A stretch of 59,581 bases of DNA, filler included, from Squatina squatina (taxonomy: Eukaryota): NCBI GenBank assembly GCA_031763465.1. It is 3 parts of 2 records of this genome, joined end to end, with 100 filler letters (N's around TTAATTAATTAA, not from the genome) between each part and the next. Parts side by side here need not be neighbours in the genome. Positions count along the whole stretch, not along the records: positions 1 to 30,782 come from JARFOE010000176.1; 2 more parts are not named here. One strand, given 5' to 3'. The notes under the pieces are model-generated. The model did no database searches. It was not told where the DNA came from and saw nothing but the letters and a program-made list of their open reading frames with translations. A program made the position numbers and the translations under genes. Below, one piece after another: positions 1-12,986 of the stretch (positions are counted from its first letter, which is position 1; each line of letters opens with the position of its first letter).

Positions 1-223
1 ACTTACTGTGACTTTATTAATTATTAATCCTACTCAATACTGTAATGTACAGTATGGATAAACAACTGCGCTGCTCAAATACAAATGAAAACCTTTATTT
101 TATTTTCCATTCAGTTTTCTGGATATTGCAGTATCATCGCTAAAGATTCCTGAATTAAACGGGGTCTGCAGCCATAATACTCGTATATGCCAGGATTTTG
201 CACAAATAGTGTCAGCCTTCATT

Positions 224-385
224 CAGTGGTAGTACCCTCGCCACTCAATGCAATTAGAAAGTTGTGGGTTCAAGCTCGACTACAAACTTGAGCAAATAAT
301 CTAGGCTGATGTTTCAGTGCAGTACTGAGGAAGTGCTGCACTCCAGAGGTGCTGTTTTTCAGATTAGATGTTAAACACAAAGTGC
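224..385 (+). mobile_element. tRNA-derived SINE (Deu-domain/SacSINE1-like), degenerate
   Basis: tRNA-like head (tcagtggtagtac...gttgtgggttcaag) followed by cagtactgaggaagtgctgcact, matching the fuller copy at 55864-56215. Confidence 0.7.
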
Positions 386-1016
386 GAGATTGAGAACGAG
401 TACGTGAGCAAGGAAGGGAAAAGGTAAATAATTGGGGTGTTGGGACAGCAAAGTGAGAAATGGAAATCCAGGGAGAAAGAAAATGGAGAAAAAACAAAAC
501 AAAAAAAAGCCAGAAATCCAGGAAACAGGAAAAAAAGAATCAACACAATAAAAGACAGACAGTAAATACTTAATGAGGCAACANNNNNNNNNNGCAAATA
601 GTAACTTAAATATGATTATACAATCCTAGCTTTTTTTCTATTTGCAGATGGAGGAGCATACAAAGTACGAGGAGAATTCAACTGTATGAATTTTCTTTGC
701 ACCCAGAAAATGCGCAGGCCAAAACTGAAGGCCAATCATGATAGGCAGTGTGTATGCCAAAACTGTTTTGTGAAGTTCAGTATCTTGCTACAAATTTAGT
801 AAATAACATGTGAGAATAGATTTGTTTACATTTATTAAGAAACATGAATCAATATGTAGCCAGTAATGCTATTTATTACCAAAACATTTATCACAATGAA
901 TTATACAAGCTGCATTCATACATCATATTTAATGAACATGATGCAGGCTGACCATAGATAAACAACATTACTAAATATAAAGTTGACGGATGCTATCCAT
1001 ACAGCACAAAACTCAC

Positions 1017-1161
1017 CTCATGATGTATTCGTTGGTAAACTTTCTGCTCGTTGTCTAATACTATGAAAGATTCAGAGGGTATTGCATCACCATTGAAAAT
1101 GAAACTCAAATCTCCACGTTGACACTTCATATCAGTAAAGTCTATTAGAGTTGTGTCAAGC
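1017..1161 (-). CDS. ANKRD13C: ANKRD13C internal exon (LDTTLIDFTDMKCQRGDLSFIFNG...YQRIHHE)
   Basis: 145-nt exon bounded by tattttcag and gtgagt; translation matches the ANKRD13 family domain. Confidence 0.93.
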
Positions 1162-1777
1162 CTGAAAATACACATTCAAGTCATAAGGATTTGGCATTTA
1201 TTAACATATGTACTGTGGTAGCCTATAATCCAATTTTTTTTTTGTTCTCACAGGTGGCACAGCAGTCTTTAGTTCATGTACATTACTATTTATGAACTTT
1301 CAGAACTTCCTGCATTAAGATATCAGTGATCTCGTATACAGAAAATCTTTCACCGGATAACATTATCTTTATTTGTATGGTTTATGAAGAAAACTCAACA
1401 AAAATCTTGTGAATAAAATTTATTTAGAATAATGTGATTTTGTTGAACTATGCTAGAANNNNNNNNNNNNNNNNNNNNNNNNNNNNNNNNNNNNNNNNNN
1501 NNNNNNNNNNNNNNNNNNNNNNNNNNNNNNNNNNNNNNNNNNNNNNNNNNNNNNNNNNGGGAAGAGGCGGAGAGGGGATCAGAGGGTGTGCACGGGGGAT
1601 CAGAGGGAGCGGGAGCGAGCACGAGAGACCAGAGGGAGTGCGCGTGGGCGAGAGAGAGAGAGACACACACAGACAGACAGACACTGGGACGTAGAAAGAG
1701 AAAGAGAGAGAGAGACAAATAATGCAACTGGATTTACTTCAAATTTAAGCAATTGAAACAGAAGTAGACTGCCATAC

Positions 1778-1882
1778 TCATTTGTCGGTCTCCATAGCTG
1801 ATGGCTTCTGCCAGCGGGCTCCATCCCTGAGCATTTTTCACCTTTACTAGAGCATTGTGAGCTAGAAGTAGATGGGCACATT
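1778..1882 (-). CDS. ANKRD13C: ANKRD13C ankyrin-repeat exon (CAHLLLAHNALVKVKNAQGWSPLAEAISYGDRQM)
   Basis: 105-nt exon bounded by ttttattgcag and gtatgg; translated by hand, not in the ORF track. Confidence 0.92.
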
Positions 1883-2973
1883 CTGCAATAAAAAAAAAGT
1901 GTTTATTAAGTACAGTGATTCAGTAACTAAAATGCACAATTAAGTGTGGATAACAACCTCCAACTTCACTTGGATGACAAATACTTGCCAACAGTATTCA
2001 TTACTTGCAGTTAATACAAACGAATCACTAACAAGGGTATTGACATCATTCTCAGCTTGTGTAAGTATGAGTAACAAGTGGTTCATCATTACTTAGCAGT
2101 TTTGAAGTATCAGTGTGTATCTAAGGGCGGGCTATAAAAGTGCATGAGTTAAAGGGAAACCAGAGTCGAATAAATATCTAATCTACAGAACAAGATGTCA
2201 ATTCCCGCCTTCCGGTCACCACTGTCATTTGTTAACTTCAAAAAAAAAATGATCGCTATATTAATTAGGATTCAAGTTGAGAATTTCAATCAATAATTGA
2301 ATTAGTAAAACACCGTGCTAAATGGCCAGACAGATGGAGGTANNNNNNNNNNNNNNNNNNNNNNNNNNNNNNNNNNNNNNNNNNNNNNNNNNNNNNNNNN
2401 NNNNNNNNNNNNNNNNNNNNNNNNNNNNNNNNNNNNNNNNNNAAATACACAAAGTAGCACTGACCATCCCTACAACTTCCTAAATGTGTTTGAAAATTGA
2501 ACAATTCTCTGTTACAGATGAACAGTTTACTAAACTCAAAATGGGCTTATCTTCCAATTAATATCCAAGTAACCTCCTGTTTACAGCACACAATTAATTG
2601 ATTTATCTATGCAGAATTAATCAGGACTGTAAAAGTGTTTTCATTGATTCTGAAAACTATAACTCCAAAGTTCTCAAAAATCAGAATTTTAGCATATTTG
2701 AGATCTAGTACTAAATAGATCTAGGATTGATTACTTGTAATTTATATTTGGACAACTTTGTATGTTCCATTAAAAAAGGTGAAAACTGCTTAGCAAAATG
2801 ATAAAAACTGGAAAGGTATACATTTCACTATCAAATCCATTACAGTCAATTGTGAAATTTCACAACAACCAAGACTAAGTATACATTCAACTTTGATTTG
2901 CAATCGCTACTTAGGGCAACTAGTATCCCATACTCCCAAAAGAGTTGTACAGCGATGTACTAAACAAACTCAC

Positions 2974-3268
2974 CGTGGAGATCTTTTTGAGCTATGTTGT
3001 GGGTCCTTATTGATGACGATAATCTACGGACATCGCCTTTAAAGACGCACTCGTGGACTGGAAAATCCTCGGCTCTGGTCGCGGACGCCTCCGTGGTGAA
3101 AGCCGGACTCTTGATCAGTTTGTGGTTCGCAAATAGTTTAGCCCGATTTTTAGTCCTCCCCGCCTCGTCGTCCTGCTCAGCCTCAGCCTCCGCCTCCTCT
3201 TTGAACAGCCTGTGATCCCTACGCACCGCGCGGCCGTTGGCAATCCTTTCCGCCTTCTCTCCTGTCAT
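2974..3268 (-). CDS. ANKRD13C: ANKRD13C first coding exon (MTGEK...FPVHECVFKGDVRRLSSSIRTHNIAQKDLH)
   Basis: ATG at 3268, donor gtgagt at 2973; the MTGEK start and FPVHECVFKGDVRRLS motif are typical of ANKRD13C. Confidence 0.93.
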
Positions 3269-3596
3269 GACGACGAGGGAGATAGTAAAGGGGACGGCGG
3301 CAGTGCTGCTGCCGCGGACCTCGCACAAACTCGGAGGCTGACGATAGCACTTTCAGCTGCTGTTGCGCCGCGACAGCCACACAACGACATGTAGAGCAGT
3401 CAAACGCGGGGCTCGGAGGCTGCGGTAACATAGGAATAACACAGCGGCCTGATGGGATGGGGGCGGCACCAGAGAGAGAGAGAGAGAGCCCGAGGGAAGG
3501 CAGTAAGTACGGAGGAGATTGTCCTGGCGGAGGAGGGGTGGGAGAAACACGGCTAAAAAAATAATTGCGGGCACATAAAAAGTCGGAAGGCCGCTG
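3269..3596 (-). promoter_or_regulatory. CpG-rich 5' UTR/promoter region of ANKRD13C
   Basis: High GC and CpG density immediately upstream of the ATG in an AT-rich background; GGCGG and CGGAAG motifs present. Confidence 0.55.
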
Positions 3597-3696
3597 NNNN
3601 NNNNNNNNNNNNNNNNNNNNNNNNNNNNNNNNNNNNNNNNNNNNNNNNNNNNNNNNNNNNNNNNNNNNNNNNNNNNNNNNNNNNNNNNNNNNNNNN

Positions 3697-3775
3697 TCCA
3701 CAGGTTCACCACTCTCTGGGTGAAGAAATTCCTCCTCATCTCAGTCCTAAATGGCTTACCCCTTATCCTTAGGAG
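3697..3775 (-). mobile_element. CR1 LINE ORF2 3' fragment
   Basis: Translates as LRIRGKPFRTEMRRNFFTQRVVNLW, the CR1 ORF2 C-terminal motif. Confidence 0.85.
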
Positions 3776-4052
3776 CTTACCCTGTATCCTTAGAAAATCA
3801 GTATGGAGCTGGGTATGGTAGCTAATCAATCAGCCATACTCCCCGTCCCCCGGTCATGCCAGGCTCCGAGACTTTCGTAGGAAGACCCAATAAACAACAC
3901 AAGATCCATTTTGACCTCTGTCATAGCCTTTGAGAAACCTGTACACTACCTTTTTCACGCTGCCAGCACCCCCCACCACCCCGAAAAAAACAAACAGGAG
4001 TGCCCTTTTGGAGAAACCTCTGCCTCTAATTAGTTTATGGTTCTTTTCACAG

Positions 4053-4184
4053 CTTGTCTGGATTGAGACTCCTACTAACCCTATGATGACAATTGTTGAC
4101 ATCAAAGCTTGTGCAGAAACTATACGCAAGCATGGAGACATAATTCTGGTTGTGGATAACACCTTCATGTCAGCCTATTTCCAG
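4053..4184 (+). CDS. CTH: Cystathionine gamma-lyase exon (LVWIETPTNPMMTIVDIKACA...LVVDNTFMSAYFQ)
   Basis: 132-nt exon, cttttcacag / gtaatg; ETPTNP and VDNTF motifs of the Cys/Met metabolism PLP enzymes. Confidence 0.95.
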
Positions 4185-4779
4185 GTAATGGTGGTGGCCC
4201 AAAAATATCCAGGCTACTGGATCTAATATTTGACGTGGGTTAATTTCTCTTGACATGAGTAGCACCTTTTTCTTTGCTGACCTCTTTGCACATGGTTCTT
4301 GGCATGCCTGACTACTTTATTCTGTAAAATTATCACTGTTACTGCAGTCTTAATTGAAGGCATATGTAAAATGATTGTGTGTGTATATACATGATTATAT
4401 GCACAACCATACATTGTTCATGCTACCTGACAAGGACACAAACATAGAACAATAAAGCTGCATCATTCTACAGCTGTTGCAGAAACAGCTGCACCACCAT
4501 CCTAACTACATTCTACAAAACATTGTGCAACTGTAAAGTTTTACATATTGCAAACTTTACAGCTTCATTGGTCATTGAATATAATGGTTTCTATAAATAA
4601 TTCGAGATCCAGGACTCCTTGAGATAATTTTGTTTAATGTTTTAAGGAACATATGATAGAATTTGCTAATTTTAATAAACTTGCCCATAATTAAATGTTA
4701 ATCATTTTACAGTCTTTGACATCAAACCTGTTACTGAAAGGGCAGAAAAAGACCCATTTCAGTCCATCTGCTCACTCAT

Positions 4780-5740
4780 CAAATCATAGAATGGCTACAG
4801 CACAGAGGCCATTAGGCCTGTCAAGTCCGTGCCAGCTCTCTGCAAGAGCACTTCAGCCAGTCCCGCTCCTCGCCCTTTCTCCGTAGCCCTGCAAATATAT
4901 TTCCTTCAGGTATTTATCCAGTTCCCTTTTGAAAGCCACAGTTGAATCTGCCTCCACCACCCTCAAGCAGTGCATTCCAGATCCTAACCACTCACTGTGT
5001 AAAGAAGTTTTTTTTTCTCGCGTTGCATTTGGTTCTTCTGCCAGTCACCTTTTAAATCTGTGTCCTTTGGTTCTCGACCCTTCCGCCAATGGGAACAGTT
5101 TCTCTTTATCTACTCTGTCTAGACCCCTCATGATTTTGAACACCTCTATCAAATCTCCTCTCAACTATCTCTGCTCTGAGAACAACCCCAGCTTCTCCAG
5201 TCCCAAATTTCAAAAACTGAATACATCGTTCACAACCTGTGTCCCTCATTTGAACTTTCTTGCCAAATTCTTGACCTATTCATTTTTCACATTTTCATCC
5301 TCCACAACTTTCCTGGGCAGTCCTTTCCATACTTTCACTATCCCCCTATGTGAAATAATTATATCTGATCTGTGCATTCACTTTCCCTCTTTTGAATTTC
5401 ATTTTTATGCCCCTCTCATTGTCCTTCTTGGAGTTAAGATAAACATTCTTTTGCTGATGCCCTTGAGAATCTCCCAATATCTCAATAAGACCCCTTCTGA
5501 CTTCTCTTTTAGTGCAAACAAACTTTTCTGTAGTCTTCCCTTGTAGCTCAAGTGTTTGCCAAGTATTGGATAGCCTTTTGCTGCATCTTTTCCAGTGCCA
5601 TGATGTCCTTCCTATAGTATGGTGACAGAAACTAAATACAGCATTGCAGATGGAGATGAACCAATGCCCTGTCTAGGATCAATATCTCCTGTAATTTGAG
5701 TTCTGTTCCTTATGCCATATAATGCAGACTCCTATTTTCT
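4780..5740 (-). mobile_element. CR1 LINE 3' fragments (younger copy about 4780-5200 followed by an older copy)
   Basis: Typical CR1 3' end on the reverse strand (agacccctcatgattttgaacacctctatcaaatctcctc; gagaacaaccccagcttctccag); boundaries approximate. Confidence 0.75.
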
Positions 5741-6559
5741 TTATTTACTGCTGTCACACCGTGGGTTTAGCTGCAGAAATTAGCTATTTGATATTCAGCT
5801 GGAAGTGCATGTGTGGATGCACTTGAAGATAGAATCCAGCTCGACTGTGGTGCTGCTCGGGTTAAGTAGCCAGCCAACGTTTTCTATTTAGATTACATAT
5901 GTAAAGTATCAATTGCTTGAAGTACCAGAGGCTACTGCAGGAAGAGGTCAAATGCTTCAGGATGTAAAATGAGAAAATAGGGCTGTGGACAAGAAAGGGA
6001 AGAGAAAACCAGACATTTTGATGTGCTATGTTTTCTGGTATTTTGTGTCAGCTGCCCTCGTTAGAATGGAGTTGACCATCAATCCAATGCAGAATCACCA
6101 ACTTGAAGTGTGGGAGGTTTGTGTCAGAATTTGTGCTTACAGTTGTGGTTGGGTGAATGCAGCTTTGCAGTATAATAACTATTTATTTAACCAATGTTCC
6201 TTCTAATTGGGAATCGGTTGGATAACCCCATTTGAAATTATTATATCTAATTTAATGTTTCACTTTAAAAGGAAAAAAGTGTGTCTCCACAGCAATAATC
6301 TTTCTCCCTCTTCTTTAGCGTCCTTTGGCCCTTNNNNNNNNNNNNNNNNNNNNNNNNNNNNNNNNNNNNNNNNNNNNNNNNNNNNNNNNNNNNNNNNNNN
6401 NNNNNNNNNNNNNNNNNNNNNNNNNNNNNNNNNGTTTGCCATCATTTCACCTTTGGAACTAAACGCAACATCAGGATTTAGCACATGCGCAGCCTAACGT
6501 GGAACTCCTGAACTTGTCTGTCATTCACTGCTCCTCTACAGGCTGTGCTGTGGACTCCT

Positions 6560-6662
6560 TCCTAGAGTTGGCAATCAGTGTAATCTGTCAAATCATAGAA
6601 ACTGACAAACTTTGACTCTTCCGCAGTAATGCCACTGAAATACCCCATTAAAAGTTAAACCC
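6560..6662. repeat. Copy of an unclassified interspersed repeat, also present at about 18924-19027
   Basis: Both loci share ggcaatc.gtgtaatc...caaatca...ctcttcc...ccact...ccccattaaaagttaaaccc. Confidence 0.65.
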
Positions 6663-7788
6663 TTTTGGATTAGGTGTAACGGGTTTTAACAACATATTGT
6701 CTGTTAAACATAGGTTATGGCCCTGAAAAACTCATTTAAATTTTGTGGAATGTGGAATTTATCCATTTTAATTTAAATCTTTATGAAACTTAAAGAAAAT
6801 TCTTAAATTTGGTCATCTTTATTTGAGGTTTGCCATTTCCACTCATGTGAGCACTAATCTTTGTTTTGCTCTAACAATTTTTAAAATCAATTTAGAATCA
6901 AAGGAGTTTACCCACTTTCTGGTTTGCTGTCTGAGAATTCTGCATTTTGATTGGCTGCTTAAACAGCTTGTTCATGTCACAGCAGCTCGAGTTCGGGATT
7001 CCCCATTAACTAACTTGCGTTGATGTCAGTTACACTTCGGAAAAGCCGAACTTCTAGCCACAGAAATTGCGATCTTTGTGGGAAGCTTACTTCGTGTCCA
7101 GAGGCAATCTTTTTGGTTCGCCGTCGTTAACATAAGTCATTTCAACCTGAGCTGGATTTAACACCCTGCTTTATTGCAAACCCTTCTGATGTGTTCTCAG
7201 CGTTATGGTGATACCTATTGTAAAATGCAGTCGGAGATTGCAGAGGTGATGTCTATCTGAGAGTTAATTCAGATTAAAAAGTTTTTACATTTTTTTGAAA
7301 GTTTGGGAGAAAACTTGCTTGCTTACCTGCCCCCTTGCCCCTTCGATATACAACTGAGTATGCTTGCTATGCAAAGGTCGAATCCAATTTTCCCCCTTCC
7401 CTCGTCAGCCTCTCAAACTCAACTGGGTTCTTAATTGTGCCGGCATTGGTGTGGTTAGACACCTGAGGAAGCTAAACCACCATCACAGGGAGGCAGCGAA
7501 ATCATCAAACATTCAACTCTGACTTATTTATACATGTATCTTGGTTGTGGGGTGGAAAAACTGGAAGGTAAATCCCCCTTGATTGTGCACTAGCACCCCC
7601 CCTCCCCAGGTAATAGATTGCAGTGTTCTCCAACACTGCAGCTTATGGTTCTCAAAAGTTGCAGAGAATTTTGTTTCAAAGTCAACTGTTGATGTGGGAA
7701 GAGTCCCTTGAGTGTTAGTGGCTTGTATTCCTTTACACCTTTTATGTTGTAAAAATACCTCCTTTTTCACCAAATGTATTCTTTTCAG

Positions 7789-7910
7789 GTCTCCCTTCTC
7801 ATCCACAATATAAACTTATGAAGCAGCAGTGCACTGGAAGTTCCGGCATGGTGGCTTTCTTGATTAAAGGAGAACTGGAAAATGCCAAGACATTCCTTCA
7901 AAACCTAAAA
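7789..7910 (+). CDS. CTH: CTH exon (GLPSHPQYKLMKQQCTGSSGMVAFLIKGELENAKTFLQNLK)
   Basis: 122-nt exon, cttttcag / gtgagt; translated by hand. Confidence 0.93.
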
Positions 7911-8376
7911 GTGAGTACTTTTGACATTCCATTCACAATTCTTCATTATTAATATTGCCTGGGTTATTGTTTGGTGGTCCACTTCTAAAATAAGTGGGTA
8001 TGTTACTTTATGTCCACTTAGATTTCTGTCCACAATATGACCAAGCCCTATTTGAGCACTGAAACATATGGGCCTTTAAATGGTAGTTGTTCAACTTTTA
8101 TTTGAAGGGAACTTTTTTTTTCCTAGTGAGGGGTGACGGTAGAAGAATAAGACACTGCCACATTTGGGCAGAGCTGCTTGATGATGTGCTATTTCAGGAT
8201 TTTAGTAATGTATTTCAATGGAGGAGATAAATCTGGCATATTTCATTGCTTATCCTCCAATTCCATTTATGTAAATAGACATCTTCTGGTTCCCACTGGG
8301 GCATTTTCCACGATCTGTACCCAGAGTGAGATTCTGAGCAGAATGACGTTTTCATGCTTTACTGTTTTTCTTTCAG

Positions 8377-8429
8377 CTGTTTGCCCTTGCCGAGAGTTTG
8401 GGAGGATATGAAAGTTTAGCGGAGCATCC
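8377..8429 (+). CDS. CTH: CTH exon (LFALAESLGGYESLAEHP)
   Basis: 53-nt exon, tttctttcag / gtaagg; AESLGG.ESL motif; phase compatible with the preceding exon. Confidence 0.93.
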
Positions 8430-9599
8430 GTAAGGAATCTTTTTTTCAAATTATATATACTTTTAAACAGATTATTGATCCGACCCTGGCTGGCGAGCTG
8501 CTGTAGCAGTCCCTATTTGTATTTCTATTTAATATTTAAAAAAAATATATATATATTTTTAAGCTTGGAAAGACTGGCTTTTCAACATGCAAAGGAAAGT
8601 ATAAATTGGGAACTGGCAGTAGTCATGGGTCTCTTTTAGCAAAATGAGGAATAAGTGTGCACAGAGGACCATTAATAGGAGCTATAGAGTTACGAGTTGC
8701 ACTACTCTGACTTAAAAGATAATGGAATTTAAGGATGGGTTATTTGAAACTGTATATTTAATTGTTATACAAGTAATGCAAGAAAACACAACATTTATTC
8801 ACAATGTGTGTTGTAATATGTTTACAGAAGAAATATTAAATGTCAATTACAAAAGGATTGCTAAGCACTGCAAGAAAAGCCCTGTAGTAATGTTCATTGT
8901 CCATGTTCTTTTAAAAGCCTTTATGCTGGTGACCAGATTAAAGCCCTCAGGAAGTGTTGCAAGGTATAAGGTAACAGTTGCACCTGTTTGAAGGGAAATG
9001 CTGTACTGTGTAAACACATTTATATACAGTAAAATAGTTGTGTGCTTAAAGCAATTCTGTAATAAAATTCAAATTCATTTTTTTCATTAACCTGGACTGA
9101 GGATGGTGTGAAAAACATATGAGGTTTTGTATAAGTGTTTCATCTATATTTCAAAATCTGTTGCTCTGATGTTTCTCCATTTAGTGCTATTGGATCCGTG
9201 AGAAGCATGTGTCTACCAAATGTCCTCATGGTCCTATTTCTTTGGTCAGTGGCAATCTCCCTCCCTAACCAATTAATGGTATTCTCAAGGCAGCCATCAG
9301 TGAGAAACACTAACGGATAACTTTTTTTAACCATAAGATCATATTTATTCTTTGACTACAGAGAGCAATTTTTGAAAAGTCTTAATTTTTTACTCATTTA
9401 CTTACAAGGATTTTTGAAACATTTTTATTAGTTATATATTTGAATATTTATTTTGAAGGATTTTTTTCAACAGATTTTTATTCAAGGGTGCATTCATGCA
9501 GAAATAATTTGTGACTTTTGACTAAAATTTGAAATATTTTTATTACTTTAATTCCTTCTCTTCTATGTATGCACTAAGCCTCCCCTTAAGTGCATCAAT

Positions 9600-9922
9600 A
9601 CTTATCTGCTTCAATCACTCCACGTGGCAGCGAGTCCTACATTCGCACCTCTTAAATTCTTCATTTGATCTGTTAGAGGCTATCTTATATTTGTACCTTC
9701 TTATTCTGGACATCCTCAAGTGAAATCAGTTTCTCCACATCCATCCTATTGAACCCCTTTATAATTTTAAAAACCTCTTTCAGGTCTCCTCTTAGACTTT
9801 GTTACATTAAAAGGAGCAAAGTCTGCTCAATATTTCCTGATGGTAACATCCTCCTAAATCCTTTCTGCACTTTCTCCAGTGCTTCAATATCCTTTGTGTA
9901 GTATGGCGGCCAGAACTACACA
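9600..9922 (-). mobile_element. Degenerate CR1 LINE 3' fragment
   Basis: gaacccctttataattttaaaaacctct...ctttctgcactttctccagtgcttcaatatcc...ggccagaactacaca pattern. Confidence 0.65.
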
Positions 9923-10957
9923 NNNNNNNNNNNNNNNNNNNNNNNNNNNNNNNNNNNNNNNNNNNNNNNNNNNNNNNNNNNNNNNNNNNNNNNNNNNNNN
10001 NNNNNNNNNNNNNNNNNNNNNNTTTAACTGAATCTCTGGCTTGTTAACTGCCATATGACAATTTGAGTGTCTGTCTGTGTCTGTCTGTTTCTCTCTCTCT
10101 GAGAATGAGAGAGATAAAAAATGGTTTGCACACACCATCACACATACAAAATGTCTGTCACACAAGAATACTGAGCGAGAGTCGGAGATGGTGAACTTAG
10201 TGAGAGTGCAAAGAAAGGAAGATATTGCAAGGTGAAGTCTTTGGAATTTAGGAGGACCAAGACGGGAAAGTTCAAAGGAGTAATGAGCATCGTACTGATG
10301 ATGATAAAATGAAGACACAAACACTGTTATGATTGAAGTGACAAAAGAACAATCTATCAGGAATTTACTCTATTAATATAGATTAATTAATATCTAGGAA
10401 TGCAAACAAAGTTGTATAAAATGAGTATTATAATCCAGTACAAAACATGTTATTTTTCAGTAAAGTACTCGTTTTCTCCCACCACACAGTAAGGTCGCCA
10501 TTCTATTCTTAAGTTTTTTAAAAATTGCTTTTTCTGTCATGCAATGTGTAAAACTTCAATCCATAATAGAGAAAATAATAAAATTGGCAGTCGTCTCACA
10601 AGATACAAACTCAAATTGATCAAGGGTGTTCATGAATGGAAAATAATGGTGAATGTAGACTATCAAGAAGAAAAAAAATCTAGGAATATGTTTGACAGTG
10701 TCTGGATAATGTTATAAATCACACAAGTATTTTTAAATATCAGCTGAATCACTAAGTGCATTAAATCCTTGAAATCACAGACGTCTGTTATTCTCTGTAT
10801 AATTCAATAAGTCTTGTTACAAACCTAACATTCTCTTTCATATGTATATGAAGACATTTTTTGGTCTGCACCAGTTCCTCCAGCTATATGAGCACCTTTG
10901 AAATTGTATGATTAGCTACAGTTTTTCTCCAACTCTTAGCGGGGAATTTTAACCCTA

Positions 10958-11135
10958 GCTGCAAAAGCAAATTGCTGCGGTTGCTGAAAATTTGAAATAA
11001 ACACAGAAAACGCTGGAAATACTCAGCAGCATCTGTGGAGAGCGAAACAGAGTTAACGTTTCAGGCTGATAACCTTTCATCAGAGTTTTCTCCACAGATG
11101 CAGCCTTACCTGCTGAATATTTCCAGCATTTTCTG
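10958..11135. repeat. Palindromic non-autonomous repeat (related copies at about 47035-47168 and 52525-52600)
   Basis: Inverted arms cagaaaacgctggaaatactcagcag ... ctgctgaatatttccagcattttctg, with internal catctgtggaga / tctccacagatg. Confidence 0.75.
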
Positions 11136-11340
11136 NNNNNNNNNNNNNNNNNNNNNNNNNNNNNNNNNNNNNNNNNNNNNNNNNNNNNNNNNNNNNNNNN
11201 NNNNNNNNNNNNNNNNNNNNNNNNNNNNNNNNNNNCTTGATGTGGGCCAGTAGTAAATGGGAAACAGACCAGCAGACAACACATAGTGGTGTGCATACTT
11301 GGGTTATCTATCTGCTAAGTGGTACTGTTGATAGCCTTAC

Positions 11341-11500
11341 CTGGGTAGCCTCTTTAAGGTGCGCGACCTTCTTTCACATCTGTTCCCAGGTCATACAGAT
11401 GCTCTACGCAGTGCTGAGCCTAGTTGCCACTTCCTGCCAAGTACACTGCCATCCTCCAGCAAGGGTGCCCTTGAGGGGTAGACACTTTGCCAGCCATCAA
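11341..11500 (-). mobile_element. Decayed Harbinger-type Myb/SANT-like ORF fragment
   Basis: Translates as WQEVATRLSTA*SICMTWEQM*KKVAHLKEATQ followed by gtaagg; W.EVA...TW.Q..KK...L trihelix pattern with internal stops. Confidence 0.5.
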
Positions 11501-11686
11501 ATGTAGTGCAAATTAAACAATCTCTAAGGAATATCAACTAACTTATAGATTCACTAAATCAGCAGCTCAGATAAACAAATGAATGAACGCAGAACCATAA
11601 CAAGAGTTGCTTTACATGCACATTTCACAGTCGAAAGACAACCGAGGACTACATCACATAATCAACCAGATTGTAGTTTGTCTCAT

Positions 11687-11986
11687 TTATGTTACTTGTT
11701 CTGTCAAATAGCCCCTTGCTTCTACTGTTACAGGAATTTCTTTGAACCCCTCCACTGAGCAATTAGTGACAGCATTGGCTACCTGACATACCTTCCTTAA
11801 CAGGATTTCTCGCAGCAGTAAATAAACCCAGGGGTCAAGGATCTGATTTAAAGATGCCAGTCTAATGGCTATGAGGAGAAAATTGCAATCATCTTGCAGC
11901 TCAGTGTTTGGGGACGATGGCTTGTCTGGAGATGTGTAGCAGTGATCTGAAGAGCTTTCAGTGTAAATCATTTTCAACATCAGTAC
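11687..11986 (-). CDS. PTGER3: Prostaglandin E2 receptor EP3, exon 2 (TM6 end, TM7 and read-through C-tail)
   Basis: Acceptor tctttcccag; [26 protein letters not shown] prostanoid-receptor TM7 motif; stop at 11687. Confidence 0.93.
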   Translation of the reverse strand, partial: VLMLKMIYTESSSDHCYTSPDKPSSPNTELQDDCNFLLIAIRLASLNQILDPWVYLLLREILLRKVCQVANAVTNCSVEGFKEIPVTVEARGYLTEQVT

Positions 11987-12986
11987 CTGGGAAAGACATG
12001 ATTAAGCAGAAAAAAAAGCAATTAATGATATAGTATGTCTAATTGTACACTTACTTTTTCCCTTNNNNNNNNNNNNNNNNNNNNNNNNNNNNNNNNNNNN
12101 NNNNNNNNNNNNNNNNNNNNNNNNNNNNNNNNNNNNNNNNNNNNNNNNNNNNNNNNNNNNNNNNGCCGAATGGCCTACTCCGGCTCCTATTTCTTATGTT
12201 AAAAATTACACTCCTATCTGTGTATTTATCGATGTGTGCATATGTGCCTTTACATTTGTAAAGTTAACTGGCTATCATGTCAACATTTTATTTTCAGTTG
12301 GTTCATTTGGATGGAGTTTCCCGTCCAACCGATGAATGAGTCTCAGTTTTTATCGGTGCGCTGATGGGAACAGAGTCCTGCCCTGCATCTCATGTCCCGC
12401 CGCAAATAATGCTTCAGTTAACGCTCTTCACATAACTCCGCGCCCAGTACAGCACAGCACGTCGTGGGGAACTGAAGTGCAAGCAAGAACTCAGTATTCT
12501 TAGTTACAAGGAAATAACTTCAAACTGAAAAATGTTTCCTTCCAGCTTAAGACCCCAGTATATCAAAAGGCATTCTGCAAAAATGAATAAATTTGAATGC
12601 GCGCACTAAGACACTAAATTATTTCTAAATCTTTAAACCACGAAATAAACTTGCTGCAGTTATAAATGTAGACGGTAATTCGGAATGTCTATGGTATAAA
12701 GGTCTTTCAAATTTCATTTTTCTTGGCGAGATGATTTGTTTTAAATGTGTGCGTTAAGTTGCCTCGCAGACTTTAGCCAGACGTTCACACTTACTGACAG
12801 CACAGAAAGTCGGGGGACAGGTTACTGGATCATCAATGGGGCAAGTCGCCAATTTCATCTTGCCTCACCATCAGATAAACAGCTCACTGAAACCACTGCC
12901 CGCTCGATTTCTAGCTATATTTAATACAATTAATCGTACCCTTTAGTTACTAAACGTTAATCTTACTGGAAGATCTATTTACTTAC

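Noticed and set aside
8700-9070. 3' UTR-like stretch ending in AATAAA (9061) inside a CTH intron
   Set aside because: AATAAA is common in AT-rich introns, and nothing else supports intronic polyadenylation
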